IMG/VR virus record: IMGVR_UViG_2585428076_000002 | Direction: 5' to 3' (one strand) | DNA: 64,000 bases | Source: an uncultured virus (IMG/VR IMGVR_UViG_2585428076_000002) | Taxonomy: Duplodnaviria > Heunggongvirae > Uroviricota > Caudoviricetes | Shown here: piece by piece, positions 46,566-56,139 of the stretch | Layout: each line of letters opens with the position of its first letter | Numbering within the stretch: position 1 is the first letter of the stretch | Made by a program: the position numbers and the translations under genes | Notes under the pieces: generated by a model | Told to the model about the DNA's origin: nothing | Seen by the model: only the letters and a program-made list of their open reading frames with translations | Database searches by the model: none

Positions 46566-48035
46566 TCATCCAAAAGAGAAGCCGAACTCCGGTTTCCCGT
46601 TTTCTAACTCCAAATAGGCGTTCGCCGAGGCGTCCACCATATCTTTCAGCTTGCCGACGGGGAAGTTTTCAAGCTGCCTGAAATAGTCATCGTTCCAGTC
46701 AGCCATCTTCACGTCCACGTTACCGGCAAGCCATTGAGAGGAGAAAGGCTCGGCGCGGGTCACTTTGTCCCCGCTTTCCAGTGAGGTTGTCACGGTATAG
46801 CCGCCGAGCATCCGAACAAAGCTCTGTGCTTGGTCTTTGCCTGCCTGTCCGGGGTCCTGCGGCAGCCGAACTGTGACGTTGCCATAAAGCGCATTGTCGC
46901 TGGCAGCGGTATTCAGAATGAGCTGACGCACATCAGCGCCATTCTCACGGACGTTGATGACATCAGCAACGAATACACGCCCATTCTTCCGTTTGCCAAG
47001 CAAAACACCGGCGGTATAGGCGCTTTCGTCGCCCCGCCGGTTGGTGCGCATGGCCTGCGGCATACCCTCCAACTCGTCCATCTCGCCGGGGGCTGTGGCA
47101 GCCAAGTCCCATGCTCGCACCCACTTGACAACATCGGTCGGGGTGGAGCGGAACATCTGTCCGACTTTGGAGCGTTTGAAGTAGTGGCCCGCAGACCGCC
47201 TGATTTTCCAGTTACCATTGAGCAGCTGTTCTTGGTCGAACTCGGACATGGCTTTCAGTGCGCCGATGTAGCCGGGGTCGTGTTTCATCATGGCCGCGTT
47301 GTCCGTCAGCTTTGCGCTGATGAACGACACGGATTTTACTTCCTCCATTTCCTCTGGGCTGTATAGATGAAACTCCTCATACAGCTGTTGCGGTGTGTCA
47401 GCCCAATGGATGATGTTGTTCCTGCGGATGAAGTAGCGCAGCTTTCCGCATCTGCTTTCATCGGCGTACCCTGTTTCCGGGTCGATCCACCAGTCGATGA
47501 ACCGAGCCACCCAGCTTTCGCCGTCGGGGTTGCAGGTCGCTCGAATGTAGGGGCGGACCCCACAAGTCGAACGGTTACGGGAGAACATATAAAAGAACTG
47601 GCTCTCCGTGAAATGGACAAGTTCGTCAAACATTAGGAGCGGTATCTGGGAACCTTGCCAGTTGTATTTCTCCTTTTCGTAGAACATGTGAGCGAATGTG
47701 ACCTTTGCGCCAGACTGAAATCTCCACTGGACGTTCGGCGTGAGAACGCTGGACGCCCCCAGATGCGGGTATATTTCTTGGCTCGTGGCGTAAAGACCAC
47801 CGGCGCTCATAATTTGCGGACGGGACTGCCGGAAAATGACTGCCTCGAACAGCTTGTTGTCGATGTGTCTCAGGCACTCAAGCAGGAGGGCGTAGGTCTT
47901 GCCGCCGCCAGCCGCGCCGCCGTAAATGCAAATATCAGCGGGGGAGCGCAGAAACATTTCCTGCTTGCCCTGCTGAGGCCGAATAATAATTGGTTTGTTA
48001 CTGGTTTTTTCCGTCTTTTTTCTCACGTGCGTCAC
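46566..48035 (-). CDS. terL: Terminase large subunit
   Basis: YGGAAGGGKT, FDEL, RATCNP, WDLAAT, DMVDA. Confidence 0.93.
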   Translation of the reverse strand: MTHVRKKTEKTSNKPIIIRPQQGKQEMFLRSPADICIYGGAAGGGKTYALLLECLRHIDNKLFEAVIFRQSRPQIMSAGGLYATSQEIYPHLGASSVLTPNVQWRFQSGAKVTFAHMFYEKEKYNWQGSQIPLLMFDELVHFTESQFFYMFSRNRSTCGVRPYIRATCNPDGESWVARFIDWWIDPETGYADESRCGKLRYFIRRNNIIHWADTPQQLYEEFHLYSPEEMEEVKSVSFISAKLTDNAAMMKHDPGYIGALKAMSEFDQEQLLNGNWKIRRSAGHYFKRSKVGQMFRSTPTDVVKWVRAWDLAATAPGEMDELEGMPQAMRTNRRGDESAYTAGVLLGKRKNGRVFVADVINVRENGADVRQLILNTAASDNALYGNVTVRLPQDPGQAGKDQAQSFVRMLGGYTVTTSLESGDKVTRAEPFSSQWLAGNVDVKMADWNDDYFRQLENFPVGKLKDMVDASANAYLELENGKPEFGFSFG

Positions 48036-48447
48036 CTACCTCCGAATCTCTCTCAGGCAGGTAGATCTGAACTTGCGGCTGAACAGAAACCGGTGTGCCG
48101 GTTATCTTCGCCTCGACCGCTTTTCGGTCGTTGAAGAAATCACCGCCGTAGACTTTGAGCGCATAAATGATAGCGGTCGTGTCCCCACTGGACACCCGCT
48201 CCATTAACTTGTTTTGGCACATCGCCACAACAGACAGGCGCCCCGCTTTGATTGCCTTTTCCAAAGCGGGGTGCTCCTTTTGGAGTTTTTGCAGCGTCCG
48301 TCGCGTGATGTCAAATACGTCGGCAATCTCCTCCATAGACTTGCCCTGCATAGACAGAGACTGGATGATGGCGAGATTGTTTTCTACCTCACCGGCTTCT
48401 ACCCACTGTTCAAACAAGTCCTTTCTCTGACGCTTGGCATCAGACAT
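47998..48447 (-). CDS. terS: Terminase small subunit-like HTH protein
   Basis: EIADVFDITRRTL HTH, GDTTAIIYALK; immediately upstream of terL. Confidence 0.7.
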   Translation of the reverse strand: MSDAKRQRKDLFEQWVEAGEVENNLAIIQSLSMQGKSMEEIADVFDITRRTLQKLQKEHPALEKAIKAGRLSVVAMCQNKLMERVSSGDTTAIIYALKVYGGDFFNDRKAVEAKITGTPVSVQPQVQIYLPERDSEVGDAREKKDGKNQ

Positions 48448-49834
48448 ACCTCTCCGCTACCTTTTCGAGCAGCTCGCGCATCAGACCACCGTGCTTGTTG
48501 TGCTTAAAGCCGCCGGGGTACTCGATGTTCAGCTCTTTTTCCAGATACTCCTCGTAAACTTCCGTCGGCAACTGCTTGGGTAGCGAGCAGGCGCAGTAGA
48601 TGTAGCCAGCGTTGCAGGCGAGTACCGCTACACTGTCGAAGTAGTTTTCGAGGAGGGCGACAAAGCTCTCACGGGTGTGGAACTTCTGCTTGAAAACGAT
48701 GCCGTTTGTCACGCCGAGGGTGTAATTCTTGTCGTCCAGATACCAGAGACAGTCACCAGCCCCGGCAGACAGCTTCGTCTTGTCGTATGCCTTTTCAACG
48801 TAGGCAAGGTTGCGGGTGCAGGTAATCAGCGTACCCGTGGATTTCAAGACGGCGTTGCAGGTCGTAAGCACGGCCTTTTCAAACTCATCGTCCACTACGG
48901 AGTTGATAACCGCCTCCAACACGCAGTAGTCAAACAGCCCGTGGGCCTTGACCTGCTTCTCGGCGTTGAGGATGTTGGCGATGATGCCTTTCATATCCAG
49001 CTTGTTCGCGCCTTTCACCATCAGGGACGGCTCGTAGGCGTGGATATTGTAGCCCTTAGACTTGAGCATCTTCGGGTAAGCCATTCGGCCCGCGCCGATG
49101 TCGATAAGGCTGTCCGACTTCTGCAAGCGGGGGATGACATACTTCTCATACAGAACAGAGGCGTTGGATTGCCGGCCATCGGTACTCAGGCGCTTAGGCT
49201 GCGCCAAGAACTGGTGGTAGGTCTTAACGCCGAGGTTGTCGAAGTTGTACTTGCCGTACTCTATGCCCATGCACTCAAGGAACTCGGCAACGTCCTCGTT
49301 CGGGATAGCATAGCTCAGAACGCCGTAGCCCAGCTTCTTGGAGCAGTAGGCGTATTCAGCGTTAAGAATGACATTCCCATCCCCGTCGGTCACGACGCTG
49401 CCCCATTCTCCGTAGCGGGACATCAACTTCGTGATTTCGGAGCAGATGAGCACATTCTTCGGCTCGCTCTCAATGTGTACCTTGTCGGACGGGCAGTAGT
49501 GGTAGCCGCCCACCGTGAACTCCTCAAGGCGAACGGAAGTCTTGCTCGTCTCGATGGAGTTGTGCATGAGGTTGAACAGGATCTCGTCCTGCAAATTCGG
49601 GCTATTGATTCTGATGCACGGCAGATATTCCAGCCCAATCGCCGTCGCAGCTTTCTTTCGCTGATGGCCGGCGGTAATCACGTTATTGGTGGCGTTGACG
49701 ATGAGCGGCTTCACCATACCGAAACGGCGAATGCTGTGCTGCAACGCCTCTAACGCCTCCGGGGTAATGGAGCGGGGGTTGTACTCAGACCCCGTGACCT
49801 CCCCGATAGGCACTTTCTCTACGAAATCAATCAC
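48440..49834 (-). CDS. ParB-like domain fused to a class I SAM-dependent methyltransferase
   Basis: YNPR..SIRRFG.VKPLIV..AGHQR; LIDIGAG, AYEP, LEAVINSV. Confidence 0.8.
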   Translation of the reverse strand: MIDFVEKVPIGEVTGSEYNPRSITPEALEALQHSIRRFGMVKPLIVNATNNVITAGHQRKKAATAIGLEYLPCIRINSPNLQDEILFNLMHNSIETSKTSVRLEEFTVGGYHYCPSDKVHIESEPKNVLICSEITKLMSRYGEWGSVVTDGDGNVILNAEYAYCSKKLGYGVLSYAIPNEDVAEFLECMGIEYGKYNFDNLGVKTYHQFLAQPKRLSTDGRQSNASVLYEKYVIPRLQKSDSLIDIGAGRMAYPKMLKSKGYNIHAYEPSLMVKGANKLDMKGIIANILNAEKQVKAHGLFDYCVLEAVINSVVDDEFEKAVLTTCNAVLKSTGTLITCTRNLAYVEKAYDKTKLSAGAGDCLWYLDDKNYTLGVTNGIVFKQKFHTRESFVALLENYFDSVAVLACNAGYIYCACSLPKQLPTEVYEEYLEKELNIEYPGGFKHNKHGGLMRELLEKVAERYV

Positions 49835-50690
49835 GGTTCTCCACTCCTTTCAGAAGATAGTCGGCAAAGCTGCCGCTCAGGATTGCACCGGAATCAATGT
49901 ACTCCTGATACTTGGCGTTCATGCGGTCAAGCTCCACCTGAGAGATGAAGAACGACACGTCGCCAAAGCGGAACTGGCAGAACGGCAGGACCGCCTTAGA
50001 TTCTTTTTTCTTAGGCTCGCCGTCGTCAGCAGCGGGAGCCACGCTCTCCACAGCAGGAGCAGCGGGGCTGTCGGCAGTCGCAGGCGCGGGAGCAGGGGTG
50101 TCGGCATGGCTCACAGGTTCGTGGTACGAAACCTCCGGTGCGCCAATTTCATCATCACCGCCCTCAACTGCATCATTTTCCGCACTGATGATGGAGTTGC
50201 TGTCGATTGTGTGGACGGTAGGTTTCTTGGGCTTTGGCCTTTCGTTGACGCCCATAAAGTTGAACGCGGGGATTTTGATTTCGGCCTGCTCAGGCTCGAT
50301 GTCAAATACCTCCGTAGTCAGCTCAAAGCGTTCCAGCAAGAGCTGGTTTTCGTCGAGCGTCAGGTCAACGAGGGAAAGTTCCTCCTTGAGCTTCTCGAAG
50401 TCCCAATCGCTGTATTCGCTGGTCTTGTTGTCCACCAGACGGAACAGGTTGATCTGCTCATCAGTCAGCTCGTCCGCTACGATACAGGGGACAGTCTGAA
50501 TACCCATCTCGCGGCAGGCGCGCACACGAGTGTGGCCGGCGACGATGGTGTAATTCATGTCCACAACAACAGGGAACAGGAAACCGAACCGCTCGATACT
50601 GTACTTGACCTTTTCAACCGCGAGGTCGTTGTTGCGCGGGTTGTTTTCGTAATCTCTCAGTCGAGAGACGGAAATCTCTCTGATATTCAT
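49827..50690 (-). CDS. ParB/Srx N-terminal domain protein
   Basis: YENNPRNND..SIERFGF..IVAGHTR..DNKTSE. Confidence 0.85.
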   Translation of the reverse strand: MNIREISVSRLRDYENNPRNNDLAVEKVKYSIERFGFLFPVVVDMNYTIVAGHTRVRACREMGIQTVPCIVADELTDEQINLFRLVDNKTSEYSDWDFEKLKEELSLVDLTLDENQLLLERFELTTEVFDIEPEQAEIKIPAFNFMGVNERPKPKKPTVHTIDSNSIISAENDAVEGGDDEIGAPEVSYHEPVSHADTPAPAPATADSPAAPAVESVAPAADDGEPKKKESKAVLPFCQFRFGDVSFFISQVELDRMNAKYQEYIDSGAILSGSFADYLLKGVENRD

Positions 50691-51214
50691 TCTGCCTCAC
50701 CTCCTGTCAGGAACATGACAAAGCCCAGATAGGTTTTGTTCTTGCTGATGTAGTCGTCGTAAACCGCTTTCAGGCGGGCGTACTCGTCCTCGGTGATAGG
50801 CAGCTCATTGTTGCCGAAAATGAGGAACTTGTTGTCCTTGAAGAACTTGCGGTCACGGTTCGGGGTAAAGAACGTGGTCTTGAAGTCAAGGCCGATGCCG
50901 CTCAGCTCCTGATGCAGCTTGCCGACATCCCACGTAGAATACTCGTGGCTCTTATTGTCGATGATACGAGCCAGCTTTGCGTCCTCCTCGGACAGATTCT
51001 GAACGATGCAGGGTACTTCCTCCATCCCCAGCTGCTTGGCAGCTTTCAGGCGGGTATGCCCCGCGATGATGACGTTGTTCGGGTCAATCGTGATGGGGTT
51101 CAGGAACCCAAACTCACGGATACTCTCGGCGACTTTTGCCACGCCCGCGTCATTCCGTCGGGCGTTTCCCTCATACTCGATGAGGTCGTCAACCCTCTTG
51201 TAGACAATCTCCAT
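50687..51214 (-). CDS. ParB/Srx N-terminal domain protein
   Basis: YEGNARRND..SIREFGF..IIAGHTRLKAA..DNK. Confidence 0.85.
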   Translation of the reverse strand: MEIVYKRVDDLIEYEGNARRNDAGVAKVAESIREFGFLNPITIDPNNVIIAGHTRLKAAKQLGMEEVPCIVQNLSEEDAKLARIIDNKSHEYSTWDVGKLHQELSGIGLDFKTTFFTPNRDRKFFKDNKFLIFGNNELPITEDEYARLKAVYDDYISKNKTYLGFVMFLTGGEAE

Positions 51215-51240
51215 GTTTCGTCCTCCTTGTAACTGAGCAT

Positions 51241-51275
51241 AAAAAAAGGGAGCTGCACACACTCGTACAGCTCCC
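51241..51275 (-). terminator. Intrinsic terminator after metK
   Basis: gggagctg / cagctccc stem with a T7 tail on the - strand. Confidence 0.7.
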
Positions 51276-51295
51276 ATGTTTTACTGTATTAGGTT

Positions 51296-52090
51296 TTAGA
51301 ACAGGCCCCACTCGGCGAACGCCTCGAAGCCTCCCGCGTCCTTGATGAACTTGCGGGCGATTTCCACGATTTCGTGGTAGGGCTTTCCGTCAATCTCATC
51401 GTCTCCGATGGCGCAGCACAGCTCCACCGGCTTGCCGGTTTCCTGTGCCTTGAGAAAAGCGTAGATGTTGACGGACACATCAGCTTTGGACAGGTCCTTG
51501 CCATGCAGCCCACCACCGGTCACAGAATCAGCCATATCGGAGCCGAGCTTGCGGTTGGTGGCGCCTGTGTCCACGTCCGTACCGCCAGTCCAATCGCCGA
51601 GCGGGTTGATTTCGGCGGTGGGGTACAGCTGCTCGATGTCAGCCCTCGCAGCGTTGCTCTGGCAGATGATGAGCTTATCCCCGCTCAGAATGTATTTTCC
51701 GTCGCAGGGGTACTTCTGGTAAATGTCGCGGGCAATCGCGGAGAGCGTCTTCTGCTCGTCCGTGAGCGGCATTCCCTTGAAGATGCCGTTATCGCCACAG
51801 CGGAAACCGGCCTGCTGGTTATCAGCGAGGTGGGTGTCCTGCGGAACGATGCAGAGGTCGATTTGCACGAACCCCGCAATACGGTGGATGGCATTGTGGA
51901 TCGCCCTCAGCACCTCTGGCCGGAGCATGGGGGCGGAAGTCTCAACGATGGCGTGGCACACACCATGCCCGATGAGAACCTCAACTGCAACTTTGGGGTC
52001 ATCCTGAACCTGATAGGCCAAGTCCACGATAGCGCCGGCAATCCTGTCGGCGATTTTGTCCGGGTGGGACGGGTTTACTTTCTCAATCAT
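51296..52090 (-). CDS. metK: Short phage-type S-adenosylmethionine synthetase
   Basis: EKVNPSHPDKIADRI, GDNG, INPLG.W.GG..VDTGATNRK, GGGLHGKDLSKAD. Confidence 0.85.
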   Translation of the reverse strand: MIEKVNPSHPDKIADRIAGAIVDLAYQVQDDPKVAVEVLIGHGVCHAIVETSAPMLRPEVLRAIHNAIHRIAGFVQIDLCIVPQDTHLADNQQAGFRCGDNGIFKGMPLTDEQKTLSAIARDIYQKYPCDGKYILSGDKLIICQSNAARADIEQLYPTAEINPLGDWTGGTDVDTGATNRKLGSDMADSVTGGGLHGKDLSKADVSVNIYAFLKAQETGKPVELCCAIGDDEIDGKPYHEIVEIARKFIKDAGGFEAFAEWGLF

Positions 52091-52094
52091 GGTA

Positions 52095-52931
52095 TCAATT
52101 CCTTTGCTTGATTTTTTCGTTGCCGTTCAGCGGAGGCCCAAGCAGGTCACAGTCCGCGTCAGGCGGGTCCTGAACGTAGCCGTAGTGGTTTGCGTAACAA
52201 TAGGCGCAACCGTTGCGGCAGGTGCTGTATGCGCCAATATCGACGCTCTCAACGCACTGGCACAGCCCGCGCTGATTGCGGTCTTTCGGTTTGTCAACGC
52301 CGAACATCTTGCCGTCTACGCAGCTGGAATGGGGCAGCCCCAGTTCCTCCGCACAGGAGGAGAGGACAATCCCGTGCTGGGCGGCTATCTCGGATAGCTG
52401 CTGCGCCAGCTCTGTCTGCTGCTCTGTTGTGAGCGGCTGGATATTCAGCGGTCTGAGGTCTACCGTGCGGTACGAATCCACGAAACTCATAACGGCCTTT
52501 GAGGTGTAGCCCTCCAATTCCTCCGCGATTTTCGTGAACGCCCGAATGTGGTAGTCCCAAGTGTAGCGGTCATTCAGGAATACCGGGTCATATCGCCAGA
52601 TGGCTTTATCAGCCCCGATTCTCTTGAACGCCGGTATCACGACCTCATGCTTGTCGGGGATGTTCTTCTCAACGTCCCGACCATAGGGTGTGATGGTGTA
52701 CTGGAAATAATATTTGAATGCGTCCAGCTCGTGAATCCTGTTGAGCATAGGCGCGGCATTCTTAGTCCAAAAAACGAACCCGTCTACTTTGTCGGGCGTG
52801 AGTGAAACACGCCCGACTTGTAGAGGGTTGTATGGGTTTCTAAGGAGGACAAATCCTTTCCCAACACGGTTGTAAAACCACTCGGAAAACAGTGCCGGGA
52901 TGTCAGTCCGCCTGCTTGCGCTAACGATCAT
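52095..52931 (-). CDS. DUF1848-family (radical SAM-related) protein
   Basis: MIVSASRRTDIPA, FWTKN, WRYDP, C.C..S.DIG.Y.TC..GC.YCYAN. Confidence 0.85.
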   Translation of the reverse strand: MIVSASRRTDIPALFSEWFYNRVGKGFVLLRNPYNPLQVGRVSLTPDKVDGFVFWTKNAAPMLNRIHELDAFKYYFQYTITPYGRDVEKNIPDKHEVVIPAFKRIGADKAIWRYDPVFLNDRYTWDYHIRAFTKIAEELEGYTSKAVMSFVDSYRTVDLRPLNIQPLTTEQQTELAQQLSEIAAQHGIVLSSCAEELGLPHSSCVDGKMFGVDKPKDRNQRGLCQCVESVDIGAYSTCRNGCAYCYANHYGYVQDPPDADCDLLGPPLNGNEKIKQRN

Positions 52932-53398
52932 AACGGCATCCCATCCTTTAGGTAGTTTGCGAATATCCAGTTGCGGCAGGACCGCTGCTCTTTGGTGTAG
53001 TTCCCCGGAGGGTTCGGCACGTAATCCCAGAAGTGGATGCGGCGGGCATTCGTGATGTGCAGCTTGATTCTGTCGTTCTCAACTCTGACTTCGGAATTGC
53101 TGTCAGGCACGAATGCCACATGGGTGTTCAGCTCCCACACAAAGCCGTCGCTCAAACCGCAAAGGTAGTATGCTTTGGCGTGTGGGTGCTGCTTGACGAT
53201 GATGTCAACGACGGCGTTGGACTTGTGCAGCGTTCCGTAATAGACGCGGTTGTCCTTGTCGCCGATGAAACATTTTGCGCAGCACTGCGATATATCCACG
53301 TTGCGGATGTCTCGGAGCCAGAAGAAGTTGCACTTCTTCAAAATCTCCAAGTGCAAGTGCATGGGCGCGTGCTTAATTATAAAATCCGACGGTATCAT
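52928..53398 (-). CDS. Hypothetical protein, paralog 3 of the three-member family
   Basis: Same motifs as 5101-5559 and 19160-19594. Confidence 0.8.
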   Translation of the reverse strand: MIPSDFIIKHAPMHLHLEILKKCNFFWLRDIRNVDISQCCAKCFIGDKDNRVYYGTLHKSNAVVDIIVKQHPHAKAYYLCGLSDGFVWELNTHVAFVPDSNSEVRVENDRIKLHITNARRIHFWDYVPNPPGNYTKEQRSCRNWIFANYLKDGMPL

Positions 53399-53422
53399 TT
53401 TATCACTCTCCTATATGACGGG

Positions 53423-53830
53423 TCAATGACAGCTTTGTGACACGACGGCCACCTCCGCTATCTCGGGGTTTTGCGCCTGAAAAAACTCCCCAAGCGCGTA
53501 AAGTATCGTCTCACAAGCCCCCGGCAGAGCAGGGTGGAATGCAAAGCCACACCCGGACATCGCGCTCTTGACCGCGACAAACTCACGGTCAAAGCCGCTC
53601 ACACGGGTTCTGGTGGCTTTCATTCTGCGCCCGTGGTCATCAAAGCTCTCAAACAGGGCGTGGGAGAGCGGGTTGCCCGCGCTCACTGATTCGCCCACCG
53701 TCAGCTTTGCGAGGGTGATTTCATAGCCGCCCGGAATCGAACCGGTCAGTGTGAACGATGAGACGTTCGTTACATAACTCGGCAGCGGATTCAGCCCGTC
53801 GTAGGGCTGCGGCTCAAAGTTTTTAATCAT
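53423..53830 (-). CDS. Hypothetical protein
   Basis: 135 aa, AAGGAGG RBS. Confidence 0.65.
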   Translation of the reverse strand: MIKNFEPQPYDGLNPLPSYVTNVSSFTLTGSIPGGYEITLAKLTVGESVSAGNPLSHALFESFDDHGRRMKATRTRVSGFDREFVAVKSAMSGCGFAFHPALPGACETILYALGEFFQAQNPEIAEVAVVSQSCH

Positions 53831-54104
53831 TTTGTTCTACCTCCTTATCTTTCAACTGCTCACGCAGATGTTCACGCAATTCCTGACGGACCATCGCGGC
53901 CTCAACGTCATTGTGCGTAGCGTTCTCAACAAGTACCTGCCAACTGCCGTCGCTCGTCTTGAATGTGTGAACTTTCCGCTTTGCGCGGAGAGCACTCACC
54001 AGATCCACCGTGTATTTCAGAACACAGCAGACCAAAATCAAAAAGCCAAGCCAAGCCAAATCCACGGGCTGGAAAAGATAAACTTCAAAAACTCCATTAC
54101 TCAT
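53823..54104 (-). CDS. Hypothetical membrane protein
   Basis: N-terminal hydrophobic helix. Confidence 0.6.
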   Translation of the reverse strand: MSNGVFEVYLFQPVDLAWLGFLILVCCVLKYTVDLVSALRAKRKVHTFKTSDGSWQVLVENATHNDVEAAMVRQELREHLREQLKDKEVEQND

Positions 54105-54384
54105 CTTCCTCCAATTTCAGCCGAGCTTCAAGCTCGGTGATGCTCTGCAAAAACGCCATGCGGCAGGACAGCTCGCTTTCCTCGACCGCCACGCGCAGAC
54201 TTTTCAGAGCCTCCGCTACCGGCGTGTCAAAACTGTACTTCTGGAAGACCACGCCTCTCCGGTCCTCTGTGGTAAAAATCTCAAACGCATCACCCTCTCG
54301 AATGCCGAGGCTCCTGCGAACTTCGCGCGGGATGACAACCCTGCCGAGGTCGTCAATTCTGCGGATTATACCTGTTGCTTTCAT
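54097..54384 (-). CDS. AbrB/SpoVT-family DNA-binding protein
   Basis: MKATGIIRRIDDLGRVVIPREVRRSLGIREGD. Confidence 0.9.
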   Translation of the reverse strand: MKATGIIRRIDDLGRVVIPREVRRSLGIREGDAFEIFTTEDRRGVVFQKYSFDTPVAEALKSLRVAVEESELSCRMAFLQSITELEARLKLEEDE

Positions 54385-54400
54385 CGCACTGTTCCTCCTG

Positions 54401-55102
54401 TCATAATTCGTATTCTTTGTGGTGGGCAGTCTTGCCCTTATATTTGACCGAGGGCTTGACCCAAACCACCTTGCCGGACTTGTACCGGCGCAGGTGGCCT
54501 CGGACGTTGACCTCGTGGTCGGGTTTGGTGTAGCCGCGCTTCGCCTGTTCGGGCTTTACCAGTGCCGTGCTGTCGAAGTCAGTCACGGTGTAAATGCGGC
54601 GAATGAGCGGCTGCCGCACCTGCGCTGTGCGCTTTTTCTTCTTGTGCTTGGCAGGGCGGCGCTCAATGCGCTGCTCAACTTTGACCTCCTCCCGGTAGTA
54701 AGCCATGAACAGCATGAGCGCATGGTACTTCCGGGCCTCTTTCCTGCACGTGTCATCCATCGAGAGGAGAACACTGAGCAGTTCCTGATCCACAACCGGC
54801 TGACTGCCCATCGGGGCGATACGGCGGTTCCTGATTTCCGTAGTGGCAGGGTCATAGTCAAACATCACAACCGGCGGGAGGTTCGGCTTCACGGTGATGT
54901 AGACCGCCATCTCCACCCAGCTGCCCTTGCTCTCGAACGTGAATTCGATTTGCTCCTCGCAAAGCTCCACCACACCCGATTCCATCGGAGCCAGAAACTT
55001 CTCGCGGTCGAGCCATTTGAAGTTGTCAAAATACCAATCCAGCACCCGCTCCATGCGAGCGTTGCTCGTGACGATAATGCGGTCAGCTGTGTTGCGGTTC
55101 AT
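54401..55102 (-). CDS. Hypothetical protein
   Basis: 233 aa; C-terminal VRGHLRRYKSGKVVWVKP motif seen in phage early proteins. Confidence 0.7.
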   Translation of the reverse strand: MNRNTADRIIVTSNARMERVLDWYFDNFKWLDREKFLAPMESGVVELCEEQIEFTFESKGSWVEMAVYITVKPNLPPVVMFDYDPATTEIRNRRIAPMGSQPVVDQELLSVLLSMDDTCRKEARKYHALMLFMAYYREEVKVEQRIERRPAKHKKKKRTAQVRQPLIRRIYTVTDFDSTALVKPEQAKRGYTKPDHEVNVRGHLRRYKSGKVVWVKPSVKYKGKTAHHKEYEL

Positions 55103-55104
55103 CG

Positions 55105-55281
55105 TCAGCCCTCCTTTCCCTCGAACTGCCTGTGGTAGAAATCTGATAGAATGCTTTTTGCTGCGAGAATTCCCTGCTTGTAGCCCTCCTCGTACTTGAA
55201 ATTACCGCTCCGACCATACGGGTTGTTCTCGGCTTTCCGGGTGAGCAGGTCTTGCAGCATTTCGTATTGCCACTTAGTCAT
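55105..55281 (-). CDS. Small hypothetical protein
   Basis: GAGGAGG RBS, operon packing. Confidence 0.55.
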   Translation of the reverse strand: MTKWQYEMLQDLLTRKAENNPYGRSGNFKYEEGYKQGILAAKSILSDFYHRQFEGKEG

Positions 55282-55912
55282 GCCATACCTCCTCAACGAA
55301 AGCGCCGTTCTTATCGACCCACACATTCCTGCCGCCGAGCTTCGCAATCCGGCAGTCCTTACTGCGCATCTCCTCAGCTTTTTCTGCGGCGGGGTCGTGC
55401 CACTGCAATCCGCGACTTTTGTAGAGCGGAATCCAATGCTCGCTGTAAAAATCGTACCCTGCGCCGTCGATGCCGAAGAAATAGCCCCACTCCTCGTGCT
55501 GGTAAATGCGGAACCCGCAGTCGGACATCACCCGAATACCATCCGCATACCCAAGCCAGTAGTCGTCGCAGGAATCGCCAAAGCTCCACATCGTTCCCCA
55601 CATTGGGAGCGTGTCTTCGTCCACGACTTCCAAATTGTCAGGCTCCACGAGAATGGACGGGCCGCCGTCCAGATCCACCCGATACTTGTTGAGGTCTGCG
55701 GCATACGCCACGATTTCGCCGAGGTGTTCCAGCGTGTCGCAGCTGTCAGGCAGGTCAAAAACGTGAACTCTGCTGCCGGCGTGAGGGAGGGTGAGTTCCT
55801 CCCACTCGTCGGGAGCCGCCCGCATGAGCCGCTCAATCATGCTCTGCGGGATAGCGTTGAACTCGCTGACCCACTTGTGGGCGGCATCGCTAATCGTCAT
55901 GCCTTTAATCAT
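55274..55912 (-). CDS. Hypothetical protein
   Basis: 212 aa; FGIDGAGYDFY..HWIPLY motif. Confidence 0.7.
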   Translation of the reverse strand: MIKGMTISDAAHKWVSEFNAIPQSMIERLMRAAPDEWEELTLPHAGSRVHVFDLPDSCDTLEHLGEIVAYAADLNKYRVDLDGGPSILVEPDNLEVVDEDTLPMWGTMWSFGDSCDDYWLGYADGIRVMSDCGFRIYQHEEWGYFFGIDGAGYDFYSEHWIPLYKSRGLQWHDPAAEKAEEMRSKDCRIAKLGGRNVWVDKNGAFVEEVWHD

Positions 55913-56138
55913 TCTTCTGCACCTCCTCGTAACAGGCCGGACAATATATCAAATCACTGCCCTGCATCATCTTCATGTACTCTTTTCGCCCATGCCGGTC
56001 TATGAAACACTTGGAGCAAAATGTGTCTCCGCATTTTTCGCAGCCCCACATCTCGCCGTGAACGAGATCGCTGGCGTCCCATTCCATCTCAAACCCGCAT
56101 AGGTCGCAGGTGTAGGTATCCTTTATGCAGTTATACAT
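55905..56138 (-). CDS. Small zinc-finger protein
   Basis: Four CxxC pairs. Confidence 0.7.
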   Translation of the reverse strand: MYNCIKDTYTCDLCGFEMEWDASDLVHGEMWGCEKCGDTFCSKCFIDRHGRKEYMKMMQGSDLIYCPACYEEVQKND

Positions 56139-56139
56139 A

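Noticed and set aside
54097..54384. AbrB-fold protein as the MazE antitoxin of the MazF-like gene
   Set aside because: Sequence is SpoVT/AbrB transition-state type and it is not adjacent to the toxin; no support for pairing
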